Part shown: one piece after another, positions 1 through 10,450 of the stretch
How the letters are laid out: every line of letters starts with the position of its first letter
Position numbering within the stretch: position 1 is the stretch's first letter
Assembly: GCA_035416745.1 (NCBI GenBank)
Contig: DAOLNV010000002.1
Location: forward strand, 111,250-175,249
Direction of reading: 5' to 3'
Length of the DNA: 64,000 bases
Source: Candidatus Hydrogenedentota bacterium
Lineage (GTDB): Bacteria > Hydrogenedentota > Hydrogenedentia > Hydrogenedentales > SLHB01
The notes under the pieces: model-generated
The model's database searches: none
The model's input: only the letters and a program-made list of their open reading frames with translations
What the model was told of the DNA's origin: nothing
Program-made: the position numbers and the translations under genes

Positions 1-731
1 CTGATCGTGGCATCCAGCGCTTGTTTCGCGGGGTCCCACTGCCAGGTCGAGCCCGCCCATACGCTTACCTGCTGTTTGTCGTCACACAAGTGATGTCCGG
101 CAAGCCGCAACGGCTCGGGCGGTTCCACCAGCGCCGAGACCTTTCCCTCTTCTCCGGCATCGAGCGTGAACCGCACAAACGCCACGGCATGAGCCGCCAG
201 GGAAGGGTCGACGCTCACGAAGGTCTCTTGCCGGTATGTTGCATCCCCTTCGCGGTAGCTCATCTCGACGATGGGCAGGTAACCGCCGGCCAGCCGCGGC
301 CCGTCAAGGTTGGCCAGGTTCCCGCCAAACGCAACCTCGCCCGAGCCCACGCGAAAACAGACCGGAACTCCCGCGTCGTTCCACGTTTGTGCGCCACCCT
401 TCGCATTGATGGCGCTGCCATTACTCACCAGCCGGGCTTTGCATCCATTGCGGGGAGCCGCAAGAACGATGGGGTAGTGCCGGAACGCGGCGTTGACATA
501 ACGCAGCGGCGGCATTGCCTCAGCGAAGAACTCGTAGCTCGGCCCGCCGGCCTGGCGCATGGCGGCTTCGCCCAGGATGTCCGTTTTCGCCTCAATGATT
601 TCATCGATGCCCGGTAAGTCACATCCTGTCCTGGTTTGAGCGGAGGCGGCCGGTTGGCATACAGCGGCGCAGGAGCCGAAAACCATCATCACTGCCAGAG
701 GCGCCAAACCGAGTTTCAAAGCTCTACTCAT
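1..731 (-). CDS. Secreted hypothetical protein, N-terminal part only. The gene runs off the window start. It has a signal peptide (MSRALKLGLAPLAVMMVFGSCAAVC). Its ATG overlaps the stop of the upstream regulator gene.
   Basis: I translated the minus strand by hand from the ATG at complement 729-731. The reading frame stays open to position 1. The N-terminus is hydrophobic and signal-like. The start overlaps the stop of the 724..1863 gene by 8 bp (GATGAGTAG). No family recognised. Confidence 0.55.
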   Translation of the reverse strand, partial: MSRALKLGLAPLAVMMVFGSCAAVCQPAASAQTRTGCDLPGIDEIIEAKTDILGEAAMRQAGGPSYEFFAEAMPPLRYVNAAFRHYPIVLAAPRNGCKARLVSNGSAINAKGGAQTWNDAGVPVCFRVGSGEVAFGGNLANLDGPRLAGGYLPIVEMSYREGDATYRQETFVSVDPSLAAHAVAFVRFTLDAGEEGKVSALVEPPEPLRLAGHHLCDDKQQVSVWAGSTWQWDPAKQALDATI

Positions 732-1863
732 CGCTCATGCCCTTCTCTTCTTCACGGGGCCGTTTGAACTCGACGGGTATCAGAATCCTGTCCCGCTCCA
801 GAGGCTTGCCGTCAACCAGGTCTCTCAACATTGCGCCGATCATCGCGGCAACGTCTTCGACGGAGAGCCTGGGCTGAACGTGGGGGTAGGGCGAGTGTCT
901 CACCCGGACGGTGGCATGGTCCCAGAAGGCGATCTCGACGTCCCGGGGAACAGTCAGGCCCATGCTGGAAACGGTCGCGGCGACAACATGAGCGAGCCGT
1001 TCAGAAACGAGGAGGAAGGCGGTGGGGCGTTCGGGCATCTGGAGCAATTCGCCGGCCAGCTCGGGGACCACGCCGATGTCAGGTGGCAGGGACCGGTGGA
1101 TGAGCGCATTGTGCGGCAACTCCGCTGCCGTCAATGCTTCACTCACACCATCGAAAAAATCATTCGCGCCCGGCCCGCCCGTGGCCACCATGAACAACGC
1201 CATCCGCCGGTGCCCGCGGCTGACCAGGTACTCCGTCAGCAGTCTGCCCGCGCTGCGCCGATCCAGGTCCACCCAAGGATTCGAGCGGCCGCCGCCGTAA
1301 AATGAACCGAAGGCCACCAGAGGCAGGCCCGAACTGACCAGGCAACAGTTGACTTCACGAGGACAACCTATGGACACGATGCCGTCGACGCAGCCTGTTT
1401 CCTGAATGGCCGCTATCAACCGGCGGACGTAGTCAAGGCCGCCCTTGTCAGACACAAAGTTAAACTGGACATTCGCGCCCGGCACTTCTCGCCGAAGGCC
1501 CTCGAGCATCGGCTCGAAGGGAAAGTCGGACAGATTCCTCGCATTCTCAGACCGCAAGACACAGAATGTGCGGACCTTGACGGGATGCTCGACGGGGGCG
1601 CCAGGCCCGACGAAGGTGCCCGACCTGCGCCGCCGAACCAACACTTGACGGCCGGAGAGCAGCCGCAGCGCTCTATCCATGACCCCCTTGCCGACGCCGA
1701 ACAGGTGTTGCGCTTCCTCGCATGTCAGATACCGGTCACCGGGCTCCATGCGGCGAAGACGAATGTCCTCGACAACTTTCTCAGCCAATTCACGGACGGC
1801 TGACGAGTAATTGCTCTCAGACCCCGGTACGTCCTCGCGCTCTTTCGAAACGGACCCATCCAT
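724..1863 (-). CDS. Transcriptional regulator with an N-terminal GntR-type winged-helix HTH and a C-terminal LacI/periplasmic-binding-protein-like sugar-binding domain.
   Basis: The ORF-track protein (387 aa from a GTG at 1887) has a good internal ATG at 1863 (MDGSVSKE), preceded by GAGGGGCGG. The N-terminal segment NYSSAVRELAEKVVEDIRLRRMEPGDRYLTCEEAQHLFGVGKGVMDRALRLLSGRQVLVRRRRSGTFV is GntR-like. The rest has the alpha/beta pattern of LacI/PBP sugar-binding domains. It is divergent from a glycoside-hydrolase gene. Confidence 0.75.
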   Translation of the reverse strand: MDGSVSKEREDVPGSESNYSSAVRELAEKVVEDIRLRRMEPGDRYLTCEEAQHLFGVGKGVMDRALRLLSGRQVLVRRRRSGTFVGPGAPVEHPVKVRTFCVLRSENARNLSDFPFEPMLEGLRREVPGANVQFNFVSDKGGLDYVRRLIAAIQETGCVDGIVSIGCPREVNCCLVSSGLPLVAFGSFYGGGRSNPWVDLDRRSAGRLLTEYLVSRGHRRMALFMVATGGPGANDFFDGVSEALTAAELPHNALIHRSLPPDIGVVPELAGELLQMPERPTAFLLVSERLAHVVAATVSSMGLTVPRDVEIAFWDHATVRVRHSPYPHVQPRLSVEDVAAMIGAMLRDLVDGKPLERDRILIPVEFKRPREEEKGMSDE

Positions 1864-2430
1864 TACCGCCCCTCTTGCCAAAGGCACACGCTGCGGCCAT
1901 AGCGCGGAAATGGATGTGATTTTGTAGTTATTACTTGCATCCTACTCTTTCAAGGCCCTTAAGAGCTGCCGAACTGGTGCTTTTAGAAGATTATAACATG
2001 CTTGTGTTAAAGAACATCTATTGGTCTTGCGCGTTCTCTGTGTAATAGTGGAAATCATTATAGAGCGCTATTGTGCCGTCGTTACTCGAGGAAAATCAAC
2101 TGTCTTGGAGATTCGTCATCGTTTGCGGTGGGATGATTCCGCGAAAGCAACCGGGAATCGGGGGCTTTCCCGAAGAGAATAGCGACCGGGATGTCCCCAA
2201 TCGCGTGCACGCCATGGAATGACTGGGACGCCGCTTGTTTACCTTCACAGGCACGTGTTCTACTGGCTGCGGGGGCATTTCTGCGGCTCATGTTGTCGTG
2301 GCGGTTGACCTCTTTCCTTGAATCGTGCTCAAATGCCCGTCAACGACACACGACGCCTTGATCGGGTGCTCCGTCCGTCATTTCTGCATTCGCCAGACGC
2401 TGGCTCCGTGTGCAGCCAACGGGAGAACGC
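1864..2430. promoter_or_regulatory. AT-rich divergent intergenic region between the GntR/PBP regulator and the large GH gene. It probably holds divergent promoters and an operator.
   Basis: This is a sharp AT-rich stretch (e.g. ttgtagttattacttgcatcc...gattataacatgcttgtgttaaagaacatctattgg...taatagtggaaatcattatagagcgctattgtg) in a ~63% GC background. It lies between two divergently transcribed genes and contains the short palindrome AGCGCT and the TGTGTAATAG/CTATTGTG elements. Confidence 0.3.
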
Positions 2431-5400
2431 CGTGGAAAAGAAACTAGCCGCCACAGTCGGCACTGCTTTGTTCTTGGTTGTGCTGGCCGGTGTTGCCGCC
2501 GCATCGGAAGCATCGTTGGACGATATCCGTTCGGCCTTCGCGCAGCCGCCGGTGGACTGCAAACCCCACACGCGGTGGTGGTGGATGGGAAACGCCCTGC
2601 GCAAGGAAGACATCGCTTGGCAGCTCGACCAGATGCAGGCCCAGGGCATCGGCGGCGTTGAACAGATCACCATGGGAGCCGTCTATGAGAAGGGCAACCA
2701 TGATTACCTTTCGCCGGAGTACTTTGAACTGCTCCGGTATGCCGTCGAACAGGCGCGCGACCGCGGCATGGAGTTCTCGGTCAACTTCGGCGGCCCGGGC
2801 TGGATTTGGGGCGGCGACTGGGTTCCGAAAGAGGACCAGAGCAAGGTCCTGCTGGCCAGCATGATTGCTCTTGACGGGCCCCGGACATACGCGGGACCGC
2901 TCCCGCTGGCGGCTGCGCCCAATCCAAACGACCTCCCGCGTTCTACGCCCGCCATCGCCCCCGAGGACCGGCTCCTCAAGGTAGTTGCCGCGCGTGTTGT
3001 GGACGGGCGCCTTGAAGCGGGTTCCGTGGTTGACATCTCTTCGCTGGCCCGAGGCAGAGACATAACCTGGGAGGTGCCGGACGGGCGGTGGCAGCTCATG
3101 GCGTTCTGGCTGACTCAGAGAGACAACGCCAACGCGGTCGACCATCTCAGCGAGGAGGCCATGGGCCGCTATTGCGAGGCGCTGGGCGCCCAGTACGCGG
3201 CGGCAATCGGTCGGCACTTCGGCAAGACCGTCGAGTCGTTCTTCGGCGACAGTTTCGAGGTGCCCATCTACCGCAACGGGATCTATTGGACCGATGGCCT
3301 ATTCGACCGGTTCAAGGAAGAGAAGGGTTACGACCTCGTACCATGGCTTCCGGCCTTGTGGTGGGATGTGGACAACTTTTCTCCGAAGGTCCGTTACGAC
3401 GTGAACGAGTTTCTTCACGAACAGGGCATGCGCGCCTTTTTTGGAACCTTTCTCGCATGGTGCGGGCGGCACAACGTGCGCGCCCGCATCCAGCCCTATG
3501 GGTTCGTCACGGACGTACTTGAAGGAGCCGGCGCCGCCGATATCCCGGAGGCCGAAATCACGGCCGGCGAGAAAGACGCGGTTCCCTGGTTTGATGCGCG
3601 GATTGGGCCCAGGGAGTACGTGGCTTCCGGCGCGCACCTCTATGGACGCCAGGTCGTCACGGCCGAAGCGTTCACGTATCTCCACTGGGAGCCCTATCGC
3701 GCCACCCTCGAGGAACTGAAGATTGCTTCCGACGGCTACTTCCGCGCGGGCGTCAATAAGCTGTATAATCACGGATATATCGCTTCGCCGGAGCGCGGCA
3801 TCGTTCCCACGCGCGGCTTCTTCGCAGCCATCCGCATCAGCCACGAAAACATCTGGTGGCCCTACTATCACTGTCTGGCCGAGTACACCGCGCGGTGTTG
3901 CGTCCTGCTTCGCCAAGGCCAGTTCGCGGCCGATGTCGCGCTCTACTCTCCCCTGGCTAACCAGTGGACGAAAAGCGCGCTCAACGCGCGCAAGTGGACG
4001 CGCGAGTTCGACTGGGGCGGCATGGGCCAGTTGCTGATGGCCAACGGATACAGTTTCGATCTCGTCAATGACGACATGCTGCAACACGGGTATGCGGCGG
4101 AAGGCGCCCAACTCCGGCTGGGCCCGATGAGCTACGGCGTCCTCATCTTACCCGATGTCTCCGCGCTCCCGGTGGAGACGTACAGGAACATAGAGGCCTT
4201 CGTGCGGCAGGGCGGCAAGGTAATTGCTCTCGAGCAAGTCCCCGGCGCATCCACCGGTATGCGGGACTACGCGCAGAACGACGAGGAGGTGCGGCGAATC
4301 AGCGCGGACCTGTTTGAGAAATCCGCGGGCCGGAACGGCGTTGGCGCGAAGGACTGCGGGAAGGGACATACATGCTGCCTCCGGCTTGTGATGCATCGCG
4401 ACGACCAACTCGATTGGCGCAGCGCTCCCCTCGACCCGTTCCTCAAGGTCTTGCGGCAGTATATCCTCCCCGGCCTGGACATTGATCTGGTGGCTGCGGG
4501 CCTGAGAAACAACGAAGGCCTGACCTTCACTCACCGCCGCGCTCAAGAAGCCGACATCTACTTTGTGGCAAACATACAGCCGGCGCCGATCAACCTGCGG
4601 ACAGGTTTCCGCGTGACGGAGGGACAGCCCTGCTGGTGGAACGCTTACTCTGGCGAACGCCGGCCCATTCTCGAGTTCACACGCGATGGCGAGTACACGC
4701 GCATCCGCCTGGCAATGGACCCCTACGAGTCGCGCTTCATCGTGTTCGAGCGCGCGCCCGGCGCGTCTGAGCCCGCCCATGTAACTCAAAGCGATTTTGT
4801 GGAGATTCAGAGCGTTGAGGACGGAACGATTGTCGCCTTGGCCGCGCGCAATGGTTCCCACACCTATGAGATTGCCAAGGGTGACGCAGCCCGAAACGGC
4901 ATCGAGGCGGTTGAGGGCCTGCCGGCCGTGTATGAGGTGAACGGTCCTTGGGAGGTCGCGTTCTCAGGCGAGGATGCGCCCTCCGAAGTCCAGATATGGC
5001 CGGCCCTCAAGTCGTGGACGGATGACGCCCGCCTGCGCCATTTCAGCGGCCGGGCACACTATACCGCCGCATTCGACCTGCCGTCCGGCTACGTCTCCGA
5101 AGATACGCGCCTCGAATTGTCGTTGGGTTGCGTAGGGGCCGTTGCCGAAATCAGCCTGAACGGCCAGAATCTGGGCGTCCACTGGATTCGCGGGCAGGAT
5201 TTCGTCCTCGACGGCGCGGCCCAGCCCGGACGCAACATCCTTGAAGTTGACGTAACCAATACCCTTATCAACCGCGTATCAGGACTCAAATCGTTTCCCG
5301 AAGTCCCGATTGATCTGCAACCTACGTTTGGCAAGGCCATCCACGAGTCCACCCCGTCAGCGGACGCCCTGCTCGGGTTCGAACCGCTGCCGCCGTCGGG

Positions 5401-5467
5401 GTTGTTGGGACCGGTCCGCATCACACCGCTAAGGCGGGTAAGAATCAGTCTGGGTGAGGAAAAGTAA
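2318..5467 (+). CDS. Large secreted glycoside hydrolase, possibly a GH106-like alpha-L-rhamnosidase family member. It has a C-terminal GH2-type sugar-binding jelly-roll.
   Basis: The ORF is 1049 aa. The signal peptide (KKLAATVGTALFLVVLAGVAAASEA) suggests the true start is near the GTG at 2431. The N-terminal motif KPHTRWWWMGNA and the C-terminal galactose-binding-like segment (AHYTAAFDLP...LSLGCVGAVAEISLNGQNLGV...NILEVDVTN) fit the RWWW-motif glycosidase family, which I recall as Pfam Glyco_hydro_106. The family call is from memory and not checked. Confidence 0.8.
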   Translation: MNRAQMPVNDTRRLDRVLRPSFLHSPDAGSVCSQRENAVEKKLAATVGTALFLVVLAGVAAASEASLDDIRSAFAQPPVDCKPHTRWWWMGNALRKEDIAWQLDQMQAQGIGGVEQITMGAVYEKGNHDYLSPEYFELLRYAVEQARDRGMEFSVNFGGPGWIWGGDWVPKEDQSKVLLASMIALDGPRTYAGPLPLAAAPNPNDLPRSTPAIAPEDRLLKVVAARVVDGRLEAGSVVDISSLARGRDITWEVPDGRWQLMAFWLTQRDNANAVDHLSEEAMGRYCEALGAQYAAAIGRHFGKTVESFFGDSFEVPIYRNGIYWTDGLFDRFKEEKGYDLVPWLPALWWDVDNFSPKVRYDVNEFLHEQGMRAFFGTFLAWCGRHNVRARIQPYGFVTDVLEGAGAADIPEAEITAGEKDAVPWFDARIGPREYVASGAHLYGRQVVTAEAFTYLHWEPYRATLEELKIASDGYFRAGVNKLYNHGYIASPERGIVPTRGFFAAIRISHENIWWPYYHCLAEYTARCCVLLRQGQFAADVALYSPLANQWTKSALNARKWTREFDWGGMGQLLMANGYSFDLVNDDMLQHGYAAEGAQLRLGPMSYGVLILPDVSALPVETYRNIEAFVRQGGKVIALEQVPGASTGMRDYAQNDEEVRRISADLFEKSAGRNGVGAKDCGKGHTCCLRLVMHRDDQLDWRSAPLDPFLKVLRQYILPGLDIDLVAAGLRNNEGLTFTHRRAQEADIYFVANIQPAPINLRTGFRVTEGQPCWWNAYSGERRPILEFTRDGEYTRIRLAMDPYESRFIVFERAPGASEPAHVTQSDFVEIQSVEDGTIVALAARNGSHTYEIAKGDAARNGIEAVEGLPAVYEVNGPWEVAFSGEDAPSEVQIWPALKSWTDDARLRHFSGRAHYTAAFDLPSGYVSEDTRLELSLGCVGAVAEISLNGQNLGVHWIRGQDFVLDGAAQPGRNILEVDVTNTLINRVSGLKSFPEVPIDLQPTFGKAIHESTPSADALLGFEPLPPSGLLGPVRITPLRRVRISLGEEK

Positions 5468-5607
5468 CCGTCTCTAACGCCCCTTGTTTGAGCTGGGGCT
5501 CATAGCTTTCACCGGGAGTTCCGGCATGCGCCCGCTTGCCGTAACGCGAGGTCCGGAACACAAACCGGTCGGCGCCATGTGGACTTTCGGGAACAATAGC
5601 CACTATC

Positions 5608-7488
5608 ATGTTGGGCATAATGAGCTTATACACGCTAGCCCTGATCTTGATGATGGCGCCGTTGGCCGCCGATGAGCCGGCGCCGCTCCGGCTCGGACAA
5701 GATGCCCAGGGGCCGTGGTGGATGCAGCAGACGGCCCTTACGCCCACCGGCGGGTTGCGCCTCGACGGCAAGCCGTGGTGGGAGAAGGCCGCCGCGATTG
5801 AGCCGGGGGATTCTTTTCTTATCGATGATGGCCGCGGCCTTGTGCGGCGCGAAACGTTCAAGGATCGCGGAGGACGTACCCAGGACGCCATTGTCTGGGT
5901 GATTGACGACGATGAAGACCAGAGTCTCGCGGCGGGCGGCGACCGGGATTCGGATTGTTACGTCGCGGATTACAACCGCGACGGGACGGTCGACCGCATC
6001 GTCGACTACATCGACAATGACGGCGATAACGACCCTGACGAGATGGACATCCGCTACTTCGTGGGCGGCGAACTTCGCTACTGCTGGTTCGGCATGGACC
6101 TCGATGACGACGACCTCATGTGGAGTCTGCGCGGCTACGAATACGGCGGCGAAAGCTTCTTCGAGAGTGACCCCCACGGCGACAACATGATCTTCATGAA
6201 CAAACTGAACACGGTGTCTGGGGGCTGGTCGGCGATCTCCGAATGTCCTTTTGCGTTCTATGACACCGACGCCGACGGTTACAGCGAGATCGCGGTCCGG
6301 TGCAGCGCCGTCCCGCTCGATTACGACCCCAATGTGGACCCCGATTACGCGAACGATTACGGCCATTTTGGCGCTCCATGGGACGCTTCCCTCGCCCGCA
6401 TCGGTATCGTGAACATCCGCTATAGTTTCGATGTTGACGGAGGGAGTTCGGCAGCCACGCCGCTCCACTATGATGTAGGCTTCAATCTTGTCGGCGCCGC
6501 GCCCTACGAGTATCCGGGAATGGAGCATTTCAACCCGAAGCGCCGCCCTCCTCAGGTCGCAATCGTCACGCCGTGGGAGGGTCTGCGTGCCATCTGCGAT
6601 GCCTATGCCGCGCGCGAAACCGGCTTGAGCTGGCACGAACACAGCGACGACACCATCGCCATTGGCCATGGAGAAAACCGCGACGCGGATTTCCGGTGGG
6701 AAGGGGTGTTCTGGACCTGGGAACGGCGCTTCATGGAGAACACCGGCGGGCCGAATCAAAAGTGGAACGTGCGGCGCGAATTCAGCGCCACGCCCGCCGT
6801 GGAACGCGCACTCTACTACAGCGGCATCGACCGCCGCATCCATCTCAAGCACGCCAGAGAAGGGTGGTTGCAGGTGGGGCATTTCGCGGGCCTTGGAGCC
6901 ATAGGCGAAATCCGTATGTTTGATACCGACGGCAACGGTTACTTTGACCGGTGGGAATACGACTTCGGCGACTGGCGCCGGGTGGCGAGCGTGTCCGACG
7001 AACGAGCCGAGAACTTGACTTGGAACTTCCAGGACCTGAGCAAGCGCTACATGGAAACTGTCCTGCCGGCGGCCACCGCCGCCAACCGGCTTCTCATGGA
7101 TGCGATGTCCGCGGTACGGCCATTCGGGCCCGAGCCCAGACTCGCTGAGGCCGCAAGTGGAAATCCCGGCAACTTCCAGCGCTATTCCCAGGATGTGCTT
7201 CGGGAATTGCAGTACGCCGATTTCTACACCTACTGGTCAGGGATTGCTGCGCACGTTCTCACGAACCAGCCTGTGGATGACTTGCGTCAACTGGATGCTC
7301 AAACGCGCGCATCACAGCGCACCTCGCAGACGGCCTGGGAACTGCGCTGCCTGTTGTCGCGCATCGATGCGCTGTACTACCAGGGGGAATTGGAGGAGGC
7401 CGCCAAGCTCATCCAATCCTCCGAGGCGTCTTTCAGCATTTTCGCCGAGGAACGCGGGCAGGAACAGCAATCCAAGGCGTCTGATTAG
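5608..7488 (+). CDS. Secreted Asp-rich calcium-binding protein with several EF-hand/dockerin-like DxDxDG loops. Function unknown.
   Basis: It has a signal peptide (MSLYTLALILMMAPLAADEP). It carries repeated loops DYNRDGTVDRIVD, DNDGDNDPDE, DTDADGYSE and DTDGNGYFDRWE; the last matches the 12-residue EF-hand loop. It is 626 aa. Confidence 0.7.
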   Translation: MLGIMSLYTLALILMMAPLAADEPAPLRLGQDAQGPWWMQQTALTPTGGLRLDGKPWWEKAAAIEPGDSFLIDDGRGLVRRETFKDRGGRTQDAIVWVIDDDEDQSLAAGGDRDSDCYVADYNRDGTVDRIVDYIDNDGDNDPDEMDIRYFVGGELRYCWFGMDLDDDDLMWSLRGYEYGGESFFESDPHGDNMIFMNKLNTVSGGWSAISECPFAFYDTDADGYSEIAVRCSAVPLDYDPNVDPDYANDYGHFGAPWDASLARIGIVNIRYSFDVDGGSSAATPLHYDVGFNLVGAAPYEYPGMEHFNPKRRPPQVAIVTPWEGLRAICDAYAARETGLSWHEHSDDTIAIGHGENRDADFRWEGVFWTWERRFMENTGGPNQKWNVRREFSATPAVERALYYSGIDRRIHLKHAREGWLQVGHFAGLGAIGEIRMFDTDGNGYFDRWEYDFGDWRRVASVSDERAENLTWNFQDLSKRYMETVLPAATAANRLLMDAMSAVRPFGPEPRLAEAASGNPGNFQRYSQDVLRELQYADFYTYWSGIAAHVLTNQPVDDLRQLDAQTRASQRTSQTAWELRCLLSRIDALYYQGELEEAAKLIQSSEASFSIFAEERGQEQQSKASD

Positions 7489-7598
7489 ATTCGATGGTGC
7501 GGGCTTGAGATGCCCGCCCAATGGTCATATCGTACGGCTCGTTGTCTGTGGCCATACCCAGTTGCAGCCAGGTTTGCCCCACTGAAGGAGTCTTTCCG

Positions 7599-10331
7599 AT
7601 GAGAACGCTGACGGTGTTTGGCTCTTTCACAATGCTTTCGTTGACGCTGTGGACTGCGGCCCCGGTTGCCGAGCCAATGGCCGCGGCCGAACTGGAGAGC
7701 CTTGTCGGGCAGCCGGTCGATATCGCGCCGTGGACGTATGCGTGGCGCGCCAATCTGGCGGTCCAGGACAAGCCGGAAGCCTATTTCATCCCGCGGCGCT
7801 TAGAGCGCCTCGACAAAGTCTACCGAACGGCATTCACCGCGCTTCCGCGGGAAGAATTGAAGAGCATCTACTACGACATGCCGGATTTGTTGAGCCCGTT
7901 GCCCCCGCAGCCCAAGGGCCTGTTGCAGGCGGGGTTGCTTTGGACAGGAGGCGTGGTGGATTGCCGCGTGGAACTCCAATGGCCGGCCGGCGCAACGCGG
8001 ATTCCGTCGCCCGAGGCCGTTGAGGTTCGCATTTATCCCACGTCGTACGGCTGGTTTGGATGGACCGTCGACAAGATTCTCAGCAATCCCGAAGTTTCCC
8101 AAGATGGGCGCACGTGGACCTACAAGGGTGATCCGGCGGCGAAGATGGACTGGGCCTACAGCACCCGGGTCGATGCCGCTACGGAAATGGTTGCCGTATT
8201 CTATGAAAAGGCCGAAACGGGGGACAGTGCTCCTTATCCCGTGCCCGATATCCGCGTAACCGGCCCGGGTATAGGGACCTGGAACCGGATGGATGTGGAA
8301 ATCGAGTGGGGGTTCCAGCCGGGAGCCGAGAAGTGGGACTTTGACGGCTGGCTCGAGGCCTCGGTGGCAATAGTTGGTCCCGTCGCGCCCCTGCCGGAAG
8401 ACAAAGGAGTGACCGTCACCGGCGGGTGCAGGTGGCAGTCGCGAGCGGGGGATGGCGCAGCACGGCGAGGCATTGTCGTGCCGGTGCTTTATGCCTCCGG
8501 CAACCGTCCGGGACTGGATAGCCGCGTCACGGTCTGGATGAGAACGACAGGCTTCACGTTTCGCGTGAGCGACCTGGAAAACGGCTCGATCCTGCTTCCC
8601 CGCCACGGCGTTTTTGTGACGCGAGCCGGCAGCGGGCAAACCGCCCGCCAGTTCTCCGCGGAGCTGGCCGCGAGAAACCTCAAGAGCGTCCGGCAGATGA
8701 CCCGCGAACACCGCGAGGCCGCATCCTGGAACGAGCTGATGCAGGAGGTCAGATTGTGGACCTGCCCGGACGGCGCCGCCCTCATGCCGTTTCCTCCGGT
8801 CGAGGACCCGCCCATGCAGGTGCAATTGCCGGATCCCGGCTGGGCCGGCGCCTGGCGGGCCGCGGCCTTCCAGTTGAGAGGCGAGCACATGTGGGGCGGC
8901 CTGGCATTCGAGGTGGGCCGCGTCGCCCACGAGATGGACATGGTCGGTCTGCACGCCGAGGCCGACAAAGTCTATGAACACTTCTTGAAAGCCCCGGGTG
9001 CGAAGCCCGACGGCGATTATACGGATGGCGACGGCGCCCTGGAGTGGGCTACGTCCATGAGACATGACATGGGATACAGCCACGATGGCACGCATGCCTC
9101 GACAGGCAGACTTCTCTTCGCCATGGCGGAACGCTGTTTCCTCACAGGCGACAAGGAGTGGTTCCAGCGGAACCGTGCCCGGATGCAAGCAGCGGCGGAT
9201 TGGATTATTCGCCAGCGGACCCTTTACATGGAGGATGTCCCCAACCGGGAGAAGTTGCAGGTTGCCGGGCTGATGCCGCCCTGCATGTTGGGCGATTATG
9301 CAATCCCCAGCTGCGACTGGCATTGGTACTACATCGACAACGTCTTGTCCCTGCAGGGGCTCCAGCGCTTTGCCGACGCCCTATCGGAGTTCGAGCCGGA
9401 AACCGGCCGCACCTACCGCGACCAGGCCGAGGCGTTTCGGGAAGACCTGCGCCGCGCGGTCGAGCGGGAAGCGGTCCTGGCGCCGGTGAGACTCGGGCGC
9501 GACGGCATGTTTCACAGTTACCTTCCGCGCATGGCGTACGCCCGAGGCCTCACGGGTCCGGAGTTGGGCGCTCCCCAGTTTCCGGAGTGCGACCGATTTA
9601 TGGGGGCGCTGCCGCTGGCCGAACCGTTTGCCGCGCTGGATGCGACAGATCCCCGCATGGTTGATACCCTGGACCTGATGGAGGAGCTGGGGACATCGGC
9701 CAGCGCGGTGCAGGAAAAGGAAGAAGCGCGAAAGAGCAAGGGACTTCCAACTGAGGACGCCTGGTTCTGGAACTGTTTTGTCATTCTGCCCAAGGCCTCG
9801 TACAACGCCAACACCTACCTCCTGCAAGACGACGTGCCCAACTTCCTGCGGTTCTGGATGAACTCGTACGCGTCCGTGGTGGGCGCCGATGGAAAGCTCT
9901 GGGAACATTGGCATCTGGGCAACTACGACCCGTGCAGCGCCCCCGACAACGGCACTGCGGGCTGGTTCATGGAAAACTTCCGCAACCTGTTGGTGATGGA
10001 GGAAGGCCAGTCCCTGTGGGCGGCACGGGCAACGCCGCGGGTCTGGCTCGAGCAGGGCAAGAAGATTGCCGTTAAGAATGCCCCGACTTACTTCGGTCCG
10101 TTCGCTTACGAGATCGTCTCGGACGTCGACAACGGGAAGATTGCCGCCACAGTCGATATCCCCTCTCGCACCCCTCCGCAATCGGTGCTGCTGCGGCTTC
10201 GCCATCCGAAGACGACGCTTATCAAGAGCGTGACGGTCAACGGCCAACCTTGGACCGATTTTGACGCGGAAAAGGAATTGGTTTGCCTGCAAGGCCTCCA
10301 AGGCCCCGCCAAGGTGGAGACCTTCTACTGA
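7599..10331 (+). CDS. Large secreted hypothetical protein of about 910 aa. It may be glycosidase-like.
   Basis: The ATG at 7599 (MRTLTVFGSFTMLSLTLWTAAPVA) is preceded by AAGGAG. This is a long uninterrupted frame. Its composition is protein-like, in contrast to the Arg/Pro-rich antisense ORFs. No family recognised. Confidence 0.7.
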   Translation: MRTLTVFGSFTMLSLTLWTAAPVAEPMAAAELESLVGQPVDIAPWTYAWRANLAVQDKPEAYFIPRRLERLDKVYRTAFTALPREELKSIYYDMPDLLSPLPPQPKGLLQAGLLWTGGVVDCRVELQWPAGATRIPSPEAVEVRIYPTSYGWFGWTVDKILSNPEVSQDGRTWTYKGDPAAKMDWAYSTRVDAATEMVAVFYEKAETGDSAPYPVPDIRVTGPGIGTWNRMDVEIEWGFQPGAEKWDFDGWLEASVAIVGPVAPLPEDKGVTVTGGCRWQSRAGDGAARRGIVVPVLYASGNRPGLDSRVTVWMRTTGFTFRVSDLENGSILLPRHGVFVTRAGSGQTARQFSAELAARNLKSVRQMTREHREAASWNELMQEVRLWTCPDGAALMPFPPVEDPPMQVQLPDPGWAGAWRAAAFQLRGEHMWGGLAFEVGRVAHEMDMVGLHAEADKVYEHFLKAPGAKPDGDYTDGDGALEWATSMRHDMGYSHDGTHASTGRLLFAMAERCFLTGDKEWFQRNRARMQAAADWIIRQRTLYMEDVPNREKLQVAGLMPPCMLGDYAIPSCDWHWYYIDNVLSLQGLQRFADALSEFEPETGRTYRDQAEAFREDLRRAVEREAVLAPVRLGRDGMFHSYLPRMAYARGLTGPELGAPQFPECDRFMGALPLAEPFAALDATDPRMVDTLDLMEELGTSASAVQEKEEARKSKGLPTEDAWFWNCFVILPKASYNANTYLLQDDVPNFLRFWMNSYASVVGADGKLWEHWHLGNYDPCSAPDNGTAGWFMENFRNLLVMEEGQSLWAARATPRVWLEQGKKIAVKNAPTYFGPFAYEIVSDVDNGKIAATVDIPSRTPPQSVLLRLRHPKTTLIKSVTVNGQPWTDFDAEKELVCLQGLQGPAKVETFY

Positions 10332-10450
10332 CATTCAGCCCCGGTGACGTTCCGCCAGCCGTGTGCGCCGGGCGGCCGCGTGTCCTCGGAGCTATAACCG
10401 CATAAGTTCATTCCTGTAAACTGTTCACGGGAGGAACAAAGAGTGGTGTC

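Noticed and set aside
7499-7517. GCGGGC-TTGAGAT-GCCCGC hairpin just after the stop of the 5608..7488 gene
   Set aside because: It is a perfect 6-bp stem but has no downstream U-tract, and the next gene starts 80 bp later. It may be a weak or Rho-assisted terminator, but I do not call it a feature with confidence.
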